From the NCBI GenBank assembly GCA_051362555.1, contig CM120642.1, positions 30,876,001-30,940,000 on the forward strand: DNA of 64,000 nucleotides. Reading direction: 5' to 3'. How positions within the stretch are numbered: the stretch's first letter is position 1; each line of letters starts with the position of its first letter. Made by a program: the position numbers and the translations under genes. The DNA comes from Lingula anatina. Lineage: Eukaryota > Animalia > Brachiopoda. Shown here piece by piece: positions 23,390-36,007 of this stretch. The notes beneath the pieces were generated by a model. It saw nothing but the letters and a program-made list of their open reading frames with translations. It was not told where the DNA came from and did no database searches.

Positions 23390-26300
23390 GTCACGACACA
23401 GCAGGCCTCTGGTCGCAGCCTGAAAGAAAGCACTGAAGTAAGGGACTGAAAGATCGGAACTAGAGTATATAGGGCAAGTACATGAGTCACCTTGGCAGGT
23501 CACAGCGAAGTGTTCTACTGAACTCATGTAGTGCGCTTGAGCACACACAGATACTGCTGTACAAATAAAAAAGTTTACATCATGTATTCCCGAGCGTGCA
23601 GCGGTCATATGGATTCTTTGTTAGGATATGACCCAGGGTCTCGGCTATCAGAAAATGGCCGAGGTCAAATATAACGTCGGCGCTGTACGAGATTTATTTT
23701 AAAAATGCAGCTGAAAATTATGTTTTGTCTCGTAAAATATGTTAAAAAGAATGCCGTGCATGTTTCAGCTCGATGGAACTGAGACTTTGGAAAAGATTAT
23801 ATATGACTGTTTTCCCTTTTGGATGCTTATTTTCAAATATAGCAAATTATTCTGATTAAATTGTTCAAAGAAAAGGTATAAATTTTTATACCAGGGGTTC
23901 CAACAATAACAATGTGCATTTGGATCAGAAAAACCGATGTTACCCGGCAGTTGGTGAAATATCACAATGAACAGTTTCGAAAGTCATAGTGATTGCAACA
24001 CAAATATTCAAGCAGGAAGAGTTGCCTTTCGTAAGATATCCATGCTGTCTAAAAGCAAAATTTTCCTTTTTTTTTCTCATCGGCGCTTGACTTTCTTGCA
24101 CTAATGTTCATCGATACTGAAGGAATGTTGGGCATCTTTTTACAAATAGGTTGTTCTTTCTGGTATTTATGAAGCGTTTTAAATTATGTTCTCCGCTTGG
24201 CTTGTCTAGTCATCTAGGGGGAGTAAAATGGCGAAAATGTCATTTGACCTTCCCGCAAGGTTTTCGTGACTAGCCTTTTTTTGGTTGGCAATTTACAAGT
24301 AGATAACTTTAAAAAATAAAAGAATTAGTAATATATATCTCAAAATGAAGAGAGTGATATAAAATTTAAACGAGCGCCTTCAATACTCAGATGTACCAAA
24401 AATTTTACGATAACAGATGGACACTTTGAGTAGACGTACCATGCTAATACTCAGCCGAATATTAGAATTAGATTTAAAAATGTTGTCATCCATATAATAT
24501 TGCAGACCACACTGTTTAACTCGATAGAGGCGCCTGGTTTTGAAATTAAATTCATTCATTCATTGTAGTGTCATGTGCTTCACTGCTTAAAAAAAAACCT
24601 CCACCCTTTTGTTTGGATTTATAAGACACTTATTATATATATTTGTTCTTGCTTTATGGGATGTATTATAACTATAAATTTGGAAGCTGTTTTATATGTA
24701 AAATATAAGATATACCAGTACACCATACAGTAAACACGTTTACAAGTGGGTTATACAAGTGTTACTTTTATAACAAGGGGTAAATAAGGAATATAACAAT
24801 GTACTGACCTGTAGTGCCGCGGTTTGAGGTATGCGGTATTAGTGCAATTTAAGGTTTGCCCACGAGTACGCAAAATAACAAGTATAGCTGGACTGTGATT
24901 CTGTCAATGACATTAGATATTTTGTAAGTGGTCGCTTTATTAAGCTTTATAAAATGGGCATCTTGACATAGTTGCTGGGTTATTTAACGGTAGCTTTGGT
25001 TACGTTCCAAGTCATTGCCCTGGCCGGCATTTGGAGTGGAGACGTTTTGAATACCTGATATAAGTCACATGGAGAGGCCAAAGGATATAAAAATAGAAAA
25101 AAAAAGAGAAAAGCGAAAGTTAGGATGGATAAGGAAAAGAAGGGATAGGCATTTATCTTATAAAACATAAACCAACATTAAGTCTTAAACAGTTTCGGGA
25201 GTTAAACTCACTCAATATATATAAGGGTCTACGTGAGGTCCATGAGGCTCGGCCCCACTAATATGGGTCATTAAGGTCAGTGTTGTCGTTGGTTTAATGA
25301 TCATTCAGTCTCTAGACATCAAAATTTCAATTTATGTTGCACGTTTGTCATGAAAGCTTTGTACCGCCTTCTCTTCAAAACACACGTATCAATTTAAATA
25401 AACAGGTTCCGACCTCTGATAATGGTACTGATATCTCAACCGATATCTTATTATTTTATTTGTTTATTTGAGATAGTTGCAAATCTGGTTTTGAATTCAG
25501 ATAGGCCTCTAGGGAAATATATAGGCCTACAGGTCTTAGTATGCAGGCCTAAAATTACCTCGATATTAACCCGTATTAAGAAAGAACGGTTGGATAAATC
25601 CGACACGAGAAAACATCCTGTAAGCATTTTCATAAAAAAGCTATAAGGTATATCATAAACTGTCATTTAGTTTTTAAGATTTAGTAACAAAATGTTCTGT
25701 ATTGGAGGATCACAAGAAATGGACAAAATAGTTTGACTCCACCTCCCATGTTTTCTCTTCTTTTCATCCCCCCTCTCTTCATCCCCTTCCCTCTCTCCCT
25801 TTGGCAGGACCCACCTACGATCACGACAGATTAATGATATTTTGCCTGATATTATATGTTGTAAAACGACATAAATTTTATATAACTTTTTTGGACAATA
25901 CTGTTGTGCTAGTTGAGCTGTAATAGCAACCAGAGACAGAAAGCGCCTGCGCATGCGTAATACAGCATGTTGAGCAGACGGCTTCAATGGATTTGAATCT
26001 ATCAAACTGTTTAAAAATCATTTAAAACAACATGGCTTGCTTCACTGTTTGTTTCATCTTACCAGAAAAATTAACAATGCATCAAAACCTTTAGAAGTTT
26101 GCAAAATTTGCAATTTTATTTCCCAGTTTCGTGCACCCAATCTAAACTTGAAGCCTTCCAAACCAAAATTTTCCCGACAAAACGTATATTCAACGATTTT
26201 ACCGTATATACTAATAATGTGCTTTAAAATTTTTAATTTTCCTCAGATAAGTTCACCAAGAAGCGATTCATGCACTTTGAATGCGTTCAAAATCTTGGCT

Positions 26301-27476
26301 TGAATTGCTTTAAACCGCTTTGTTTTCGAGAAGTCAAAACTGACTGTCAAATCCCGATAACTGAATTTTGAAACGACTATCGACCATTAGTCCAAACAAA
26401 ATGAGGGTTAAACTTCCATTATTTGCAATTAATCTCTAAAGGAATATCAAAGTATCTTCTCAATATTCAATCCATTTTGCCACCACGGCCATTTTGACTC
26501 TGATTTTTACAGTTATTTGGAGTGGGGTGGAGATCCTTTGGATTGAGATGACTCAGACCCAATCTTAAGAACTAAACAGCTCATTGGAGGATTTAGAGGG
26601 GGGTTAGGGGGTGGAGTCCTGCCTCCCCCCCCCCCCTTCGATTTCTGGTTCCCCCTTGAAATTAGAATTTTGACAAATGGTACCGTTCGCCCTCTAATTT
26701 ACGAAAGATTTTCGGGGGCCCGTCCCTGCAGATGGACAACCGGTCTAGGCCTATAGTTGGGGAGCCTGTTTGAAACGTAAATAAACAACTTGTATTCTTT
26801 AGCTGATCACATTATTTGCTTGTGACATTTAGCCTCCTTGTAGATAAGACATCTCTCGTCTTGGTTGCAATTTGTCACACATCATATAGGGTTCAACTTC
26901 TTTCTTCATTTTACGCTACTGTTGCACTTGCTGAGATTTTGAAGCCATTTCTCGTGCCACACCAAACACATTTGCATGGCTTGTCTTGGACAGCTCTACC
27001 TGTCGCCCCAAAGTAAAAATTTTCGTGTGGGCGTTTTTGTTATTCTGTCACCGGTACAAGCTCTGGCCTGCCCGTACACGCTGTTTATTCCTAGGCTATA
27101 TAAAGCGGCAGATCGTAGTTTATAACAGACGAAAACCTGTTAATCGCCACAGAAGGTGGGTACTACAGTGAAAAAGGGAAATCAAAGCCTGATCGTGATT
27201 TTATGAACCGGATTAGACTTGAGACTAGAGGAGTAGGCCTATGTGTTGTTGTGTTGAGTTGTGTTGAGGAGCAGCCCACTGCCTTATCAATCAGCAATCA
27301 GTGCAATATCTAAATAGGACCCTTATTTAATAATCAAAAAATTCCAAATCCATTATAATTGTTGTTTTTTACTAGTACTGTGTCGGATTTAAATGGAATA
27401 ATCTAAAGCCAATTTTAAAAGGGCTCTCAAAAATATGATAATGAAACAGGAAGGCTTATTTCGCACATATACCATA

Positions 27477-27727
27477 GGGCTCATTCCCAATGACACTTTC
27501 GGTCTATGAAGATCGATCCAACTCCTCGGGACTCTCACTGAAGGCATTCAGATTAACATATTAACACGCCTCCTCCTGGCGTTGAGCAGAGCACAGAAAA
27601 AAAAAAAACTAGTGGTTAAGCGAAACAAGAGGCGTGTTAATCTGTTAATCTGATTGCATTCAGCGAGAGTCCCCGCGAAGTTGGATCGATCTACGTAGAC
27701 CGACAGTTTCATTAGGAAAAACCCCCT
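27477..27727. mobile_element. Long-hairpin PIF/Harbinger-like MITE (copy 1)
   Basis: About 100-bp imperfect inverted arms (GATCGATCCAACT...GGGACTCTC.CTGAA / TTCAGCGAGAGTCCC...AGTTGGATCGATC) with GGGC-type termini; homologous to 46848-47084 and 51146-51408. Confidence 0.75.
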
Positions 27728-28308
27728 CATAGGCATAATGAAGTAGATATATTTTGAAGGACAAAGTGGCCTATTTATGTATGAAGATAAGATGAAATAG
27801 CTCATGACATATAAGATAAAATGGCATTTGATATCGATTTTTGCTGAATGCAGCTGATGCTGGTCTAACAGAAAGTCTGAAATAAAGAACGGTAGTACTG
27901 TCGAATGTGGATACAGCCTTCAGGAACGGGGGTTGGAGGGGAGGAAAGGGGTGTCAGGAATACATTCCTGAAACGTTTTGGATACCACATCTAGTGAACG
28001 CCTTATGGTAATTGAGGGTCGAAGGGGTGGTGGGAGGGGGGTTGGGGGAGTGGAGGGGGCACGTGCACATTATTCACCTTTAAATATCGTACTGCCGATG
28101 GGCAACGGTACTTGGGTTCTCTCGCCATACTCATTTATTTCAGAAAGACATCTTGAATTTATTGTAAGTGAAATTACTTAAACGTATCCTATCCGAGATT
28201 TTCTTTGAAAAAAGAAGTAATTTTTCTTTTAACTTTTTCAGTTTCAGAATTGTAGCTGAAAAAAAGAAAAACCATTCGCTATATAAATTGGATCTGCATA
28301 ATTTGAAG

Positions 28309-31300
28309 ATGGGAGAGCCGCAACGCAAACGCGCTATGAAAAGGCTACTGCAGGACTTGGAAGAGTTAAAGAAGTCCCCAGTGGCCAACGTGTCAGCCGC
28401 TCCTCTAGATAGCGACATGTTTGAGTGGCACTGTAACTTTAAACTCGATGATAACGTGTACCACCTTATCCTATTCTTTCCTGAAAACTACCCCTATCGG
28501 TCTCCAAGTGCAGAGTTTGTACCACGTGGTTTTCAGTATCACGGAGGAGCCACCAAAAATGGAAAGAAGGGAACGCAAGTCTGTTTGTCGATTTTCTCGG
28601 ATTTTGCCGATTGGCACCGGGAATGGGCGAACGACAAGGCCATGGGGTGGTCTCCCGGGTACACCGTACAGACAGTGCTGTTGAATATGCTGTCGTTTCT
28701 CATCGAGGTTCAGTCTGCCAATTCAGGTATGAATAAATCGGGTTTTCTGAAAACTTATTTGCGGGATAAACTTTTGGTTTTGTTTTGTGTGGTTTAAAAT
28801 TTATTTGATCATTGTGCCTTTGTCATTCAATTTTTCGAAATAAAAACCTTCTTTATTTTGTGTCTAATCTTCACCAGTAGTTATTTTAAATACAAATTTC
28901 ATACGAACTGAATCACGCATCGGGCTGCAGATCAGTAAAGCTAGATTATGATGGTTTGGATATTTGATGAAAAAAATGCGCTCATCCTTTATAAATATCC
29001 TGCACTAGGGTATCCCACAACAATGCCTTGCGACAAAAACCACGGTTTTAGTGTCATCTACATCTAATTTATTCAATTTGACAGCTTTAGGAGGAACAAA
29101 CGAAGCAAACCTGAAACGCAACCAGAAGTTTAAGTGTTCAGATTGTGGCCATAACTTCAAAAAGCCCTATCCGGAGTTGCCCAAGGAAAGCGAAACCACA
29201 GTGTCGCCACCTGCCGCAGAAGACGGTAAACCACATATAGTGTGCTATATTTCAAAGGCGCCGTTTAAGGTATAGTATGTTTACCTCAAGTGAATTCTTT
29301 TAAAAGAAAGTAGATAATATCCATCTTTCAGTCTGATTTGGAAGATTTTTTTTACTTTGATATCTTTACATGAGAATTATCATAAAATCCATCAAACATT
29401 ATCAGTGTTTACATAATTTTGTCTGTTAGACATTGTGTCTCCCTCTCGGATTTGAAATCCATCCAGTATTATATTCCTTTGTGTAAAATACAACTGGATG
29501 ATTATCATACACAGTATTATCATTTGTAAATGTTACAAATTCCATTCTTTCACTCAGAATTTCACAGGTTTTACACAAAAATGATTTTTAAAAAAATTAA
29601 TGCAAATTGGTTCAAATCATTTCAAACAATTCATTTATAATTTTTCTGAACCAGCCCTTACGTGTTATTAAAAAAAAGAAAAAAAAACAAAAAAAAAACA
29701 AACAAAAAAAAAAAAAACAAAAAAAAAACAGCACGAGTGAGTGTGATTACTTCAAGCTATTTTTCTCCATCCCAGGTTGTGAAGCCCAAGTGCCGGGAGG
29801 AACTTTATGGCTACGGTTTAATTAAATCAGGTCCAGACCATCGCCCGTCTCTGACCACCCCGTGCGAGTTTCTAACCGGTGATTCTTTCTACAGTATGCA
29901 AAAGTCTGTAGGAAACGTTCAGAGCATCATGAAGGAGGACCTAGCGTTCTTTCTGCCACTTTACATTCATCCAAAGCACGGCGAAGAAATCAAAGCCACG
30001 TTTGAAGAAACGATGAGGGCGGTGTCTAAAATATTGCCGGGGTGTAAGAGGGACAGCACCCCCATGGAGACGATAATTTTGCGCGTGATACCAAACCTCA
30101 TGGCTGCAACGGTGGTCGAGTTTTCTAAAGGGACGCAGCACGCTAGTGATAACCACCTGAGTGGATACTTCGCCCTCCATCGCTTGTTCCTATGGGCGTT
30201 GAAGGAGTATCCGAAAATGCAAGACATGTTGGAAGAGAAACTTAAAGTAAGTTCAGCGTCTCTTGGGGATAAATGGAAGAATTGTGTTGGTTTGTGGCGT
30301 CAAAACATGCACAGAATAGGCTTATATGTTTCACATAGACAGTTCTGATCTTATTTGCCTAGAGGAGAATTTTAAAACTCTGCACGCGACTTCCATCCCA
30401 GTTATCATAATTTAGTTATCCAGAAAAATCATAAATAATAATAATAAAAGTTTGACCCAAATTTATGAAAATATTAACACTCTAAACAGTATGTTCTCAG
30501 ATTCGTGCATAATTGATTATATAAACCTTCATCTGTAGGAATTTATCACCGATGAAGATCATCGCAGCAAGAAGGCATGCCCTCACATTGGAGAGTGGCT
30601 GATGTTGCTGTCGGCTTCAAATAAATACACGTAAGTACAGACTGAAACTCGTTAGTGTAAAATGAACGCCTTAACCGCTGTGCGAGATGGGTAGTTACTT
30701 TTTTCACTCATACACGCGTTTACCCTAGGCATGATAATGAAGCTAAAGAGGAGAGAAAAAAGACCAAAAAAAACAGCTTTAATATTTGTCTATATATTAA
30801 CCAATGCATTCAGATGGCAAGATGCTTCGGACGCCTATTTGTCAGAGAGTTGGAGACGTAACGTAATGTGGTATGTCAAAGATGACGCCAAGCTGGGGTT
30901 TATGGACACGCCGCAAAACTATCGGTTAGAAAAGACACTGCAAGCGACAGCTGTAAGCAGGAAGATACTGGCGTTCCAGGTTTGTATTTTTGAAAAAATT
31001 TTAAAAATTACAGCAAAATTTGTTTTTAGTTAATGGGAGATCAAATGCTGAAGTGAAGTTTTTGTGCACTATTTGTTATGATTTGAACTCTATGCAACTA
31101 GGTGAAGTGGCTCTTAATCTATGTGCCCCTCTTTCGCAAGTAAAATTCTATATTTCAGATATTTATAAGTGCAAAAATTATCACCGATAAACATTGAAAT
31201 TACTGGTTTACAGGTTTTATTCTTGGACATTGCTATGCCAAAAAGTATGACAAGAGATAACGTTGTGAAGCGGTATGACGAAAACTTTGGATTTCCAACG

Positions 31301-32643
31301 ACTAAAATGGTTGCTGAAATGAAGGCTGCTTGTAGCAAAATTGAGACCATGAAATCCTATGAAGATTGGTTTAAGGTAATATATATTTCATTATACCTGA
31401 TGTGCAGGTATCATGTATACCACACGTAAATAACTCATATATACCACACGTAAATAACTCTTTATATATGGAACAAGGAAATTCCTTTTTTTGACCCTGG
31501 TTTAGAAACATCTTGGCAACTATTATAAGAGATAAAACGCTTAATGCTACATGTCACTTCCTTAAATGTGAGGCCGCGTTAGTTTCAAACTGTACCTCAG
31601 TGATTTTCAATGGAAATAAAATTGAAAGAGCTTATTGATGAACTTCCATTGCACCTTTATTGTGTACGTAGGTGTTGCGCTTGGACCCTATACCGGACGA
31701 TAAGTTATTCGAAAAGTTGATCGAATCCCTAGAGTTTGCTATCAATACGGACGGCTATCACTGGTCATTTTGGAAAGGAGCCGGCGGCTGGACAGAGGTA
31801 AGTAGTGATGGGGAAATCGTAAATTTATTTTAGGAAAGGGGCGCATGTTATTACTGGCCTATAGTAAGCAATTTCAGAGTTTTTTTCTTTGAAAAAGTGG
31901 ACTTTTTATCCTCTGAGTTGACCCAACTTGAGAATCTTTGATATAGAACCTATAAATTGAATTTTTCATTTAGATCAGACCTTTTCCTGTCAGATGGGCG
32001 TGTCTTTGGACCCCCTACCCCGGACCCCTACCCCCACCCCCCGCGCCTACATGTACGAAACTGTTAGTCGAATGACTGATTCTTTGTGGCTGTCAGTGAT
32101 TTATGTTCAATTATTAGCCAACGTTGACGAGAAAAAAAAGTAAAATAATAGCCAGATGACTGTTACAAAAGGAATTCTTTCGTGTTTATCGCCAAATCTC
32201 TCTTACGGTAACACGCTGCACATGTCAATATTAAAAAAAGGCGTTTTAAAGAAAGTGAAAGAAACCATTCATTGTATTTTTGCACTGATGGTATCTATAT
32301 ATTTTTACAGGCCTTGAAGCGCTACAAAGCAACTGCGGGTGCGGATTCAAAGAAAGGAAAAGAGGTTAAACAGGGAAAAGCACAGGGAGCCAAGAAAAAT
32401 GATAAAGATTGTGCTTCCTCGACGGAGGACCTAAAAGGAAAGTCGAAAAACTCGAAGAAAACCGTGAAAGAGGAAGGAGCAAAGAAACCAAAGGGGCGTG
32501 CCACCAAAAGAAAGGTCAAGGACGACGACTCAGATACAGATGAAGAGGAGGAAGTTCAAAATGCAAAAGGCCGAGGAAGAGGAAAACGCGCAGCAACAGT
32601 GCCATCTCCAGGGAAGAAACCCGTTGCTAAAAAGCGGCCCTAA
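28309..32643 (+). CDS. Atypical long ubiquitin-conjugating enzyme E2 (UBC-domain) protein. Exons 28309-28726, 29085(or 29091)-29269, 29776-30246, 30539-30630, 30814-30979, 31214-31375, 31672-31797, 32311-32643
   Basis: UBC fold motifs KRLLQDLEEL, DMFEWHC, FPENYPYRSP, VCLSI (catalytic Cys), WSPGYTVQTVLL. All introns are GT-AG and phase-consistent. Followed by CSDCGH, a long helical region and a Lys-rich tail with NLS-like KKPVAKKRP. Confidence 0.85.
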
Positions 32644-33219
32644 CTAAACAGTGTCAGTGGCTTAAAGGCAAACAGTTTGTGACAACTAATCTTCTGTAAA
32701 AGATTTCAAAAAGTAGTTTTTGAAATATTACAAAGACAATTGCTCTTAAGCTTTCTTTCTAGACTGAAGGGAACAGGGAACATCAAGTACGTGACAAATT
32801 CATTGCGTATTTAAACAATTGGTTGATGCCAATCACGACCACGGTTTTTGAATGTTTTCAGCTTGATGTGATCGGTACACTGTGGTTCATCTACCACATT
32901 AAGCACCAACAAGTGATTTTCAGACATGAAAATTTTGTTCATCTTGGAGGTTAATTTCCTTTTAAAATAAAAGTGACAGGTTAGAAGGACGGTGTTTACA
33001 TGTTTAGATACTGGGGGAATTTCAGCTTTTGGGTTTGTCAGCTTTTCTAACTGTTCTCCGTTCCCATCCCTGTTTCTGATTTTAAGGATTTTTTTTAAAC
33101 TAGTACCTTTACTTTTTCTTAAAAACAGAACTTGACTTTGAAAAAAACAACCATAATGAACTGCTCATTATCCATGAATTCCAGATGTCGTATCTTCATG
33201 CATTTTGTTTCTTTTCTGG

Positions 33220-33327
33220 AGTTTAATTGTTCAGATTGTGGCCATAACTTCAAAAAGCCCTATCCGGAGTTGCCCAAGGAAAGCGAAACCACAGTGTCGC
33301 CACCTGCCGCAGAAGACGGTAAACCAC
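33220..33327 (+). repeat. 108-bp duplicate of UBC gene exon 2 (29127-29234)
   Basis: Direct alignment at offset 4093; one mismatch seen. Confidence 0.95.
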
Positions 33328-36007
33328 TTCTGGAGACTTCTGGAGACAATGATGCCAAATGCCCCAAAAATCGACAGTATCTGCCTTTTTTTTACCTTAC
33401 GTGAAATGTGTTGCTTATAAGCTTGTCGATAAAATATAACAAGTTGAAACAGTCTTAAAAGCTTCAAATTTTGTAATAAAACATCTTTTTAATAATCAGT
33501 TGTTCATGTCAGGTGCATTTCGTAATCCATTCAAACCAATTTCTCAACATAGACAAGAAACCAAAAATTCAACAGAGCTTTGCAGCAAGATTTTTCTCAC
33601 TTTTAAGAACGTATTAAAGCGTTCCCATCGAAAACTTTACAATTTTTGTGACCCAGCCACTGTCGGGGATTTTCAATCTAATTTTTCATAGCAAGATACA
33701 GATTTAGAAAAATGATGTAATAATAAAAGATATAAATACTCTCCAAAACATCGGTTTCCATATAATATGGTTTTAATCGATAGGTCATGGCTTCCTTTTT
33801 CCAGCCTGAAGGACGCCCATGATATTCTACCCGTAGGGCCTATTCATATTCGGAAACTCTGAACAGTAATATTTTCAAGATGTAACAAATGACAGATGGC
33901 ATTAAATGCTGCAGAAAGTTCTTTATTAATAAAAAATGTTGGATTGTACAATATTAATTGTTAAATTCAATAAGTGAGGATACGATTGATAAAATTGCTT
34001 TAAAATTAAAATGAAATGAAACATTTGGTAGGCCTACTCTGAGGATATTAAAAAAAAATTAAGTTTAAGACTTATTTAAAAATACCAAAAAAACTAGGTC
34101 TGTTTTTCAAAAAGCCTTAAATTGGATGGTTTGTGATCATTAACAGAGAGGTGAAGACCATTATGTAAGCTGTTTTTGTGCAATATGTTGTACCCTATAT
34201 GCTGACTGCGTTTTGATAAAGCAAGAAGTTGTATTTAGAGAGATTACGCTAATTTGAAAGCATTTACGTAGTGCCTACTATTGTTGATATGAAATTGATG
34301 ACAGAAATGATATATTTAATGTCAAGACACCAGAAAACAGTGCACAACCTCATGGGAAGGCCCGTGAATTGCACACTCAGATCGGGGCATTTCAGTACCA
34401 GGTCCATATTTGAAGGGGACATTTGGGATGAAGAAAGCCTAGCTTTTTAGTACCTCGGTACGTATATTTTATCTTGCATTGTGTGTAAGAGAGACAATGT
34501 CAGGACTCAGGTACTTAATCAATGTGTTCTAGGTTTGGGAGCTTCACCCTTCTCTACCCCCCCCCCCCCCCCCTCCGCAACCCTGAACTAGTTAACTCTG
34601 TACACCTCATCTTGGGAGGAGAACGTGTCAGTGTGGTGTCTAGTCATCACCCTCTACTAGGGCCTCGGGTGAAATATGTGCATTCTCCAGGACGAGCGAT
34701 TTGTGTCATGAATAAGACAGAGTTATATCTGTGAATATCGTCAACACTGTGGCGGTTTTAGGGGGAGGGGTGTGTCAGAGGGGTCCTGACCCCCCCTTCG
34801 ATTTCTGAAAAAATCACACTAATATTCCCCTCTTGAAATTAGAATTTGGACAAGCTGAACCATAGTTCTAAACCGTACCAAATGGCACCGTTCGCAATCC
34901 ATTTTTTCAACATTTCACCCACTTACGCGACTAGTAGCACTGTGATAATTGGTCTTTTGGTTTTGAGGACAGCAACCTTGAAACGAACCCATGTATTATG
35001 TTACAAAATCTACGGTCCTTGTGAAATTTTTATTTTTGAAATATAGTTCAAATGATTCAAAGCCAAGAGGAGATTATTTATAGGCTTGAAACGTCATCTC
35101 ATGATTTTTACAGGATCGCCTCTTTGATTCTAAAATATAGAAAAAGGAAGGCACCCGGACAGCTCACTGGCATTTCTGGCCTGCACGAACCATCTATTTA
35201 CTCTCTGATCACGGGGCGCGCTAGTAGTCTGTTACAACATTATTGTATCACCCCTATACTTTAATTTTGTATATTAATTTAGAGGCCTCTGATATTAGAG
35301 GGTAGGCCTACCATTTAAAGGCGTTACAGGGGTTAGGACTTTTTATAAGAACAACAAGACACGTGTAAACCCTTTTGCCCATTAGGGTTATCACTACAAG
35401 CAGTGCCTGCACTGATGTCAAGTGAATGAATAAACTCTTCAAGTTGATTAAAGTGAATATATTTATTGTATTCGAAATTCATGAAAAAACAGATGTAGGC
35501 CTATTTAATCAGTCAAAGGTAGGCCTAAAAGTAATACGAAATTCACTGCTGCGGAATCTCTATTCAGCAGCACAGCAGATTGCGCTGAAAATCTGTATGG
35601 CATTTTAACATACATCATGTACTTCCTTGAGATGAACAACACCGGATACCGATACTCGAGGAGTAAATTCCCGAAATTTTAGGCCCTACACCTACTGATT
35701 TCTAGACAAGATAGAAACAACATTTGGCACAGACGTTGACTTAATAGTGAACTTCAAGATCCTAAAAATATTAGGCCTACTGTAAGCCGTGAAAATAAAC
35801 ATATCTTTTATCATATTTAAAACGCCTGTAGTTCCATCAACTTACATGTATATAGAATATAAAACTTTAGAAAAAGGAATTGCTTTCGGAAATCTTAAAC
35901 AGGAAGAATTTGATCAAAAAAGGGGTGTTTGAAAAAATCTTTCCGAAAAAGTGGAATTTACCTATTTTATGAATATATTTAATTACTTCCCATCTATTGT
36001 GTGTAGG

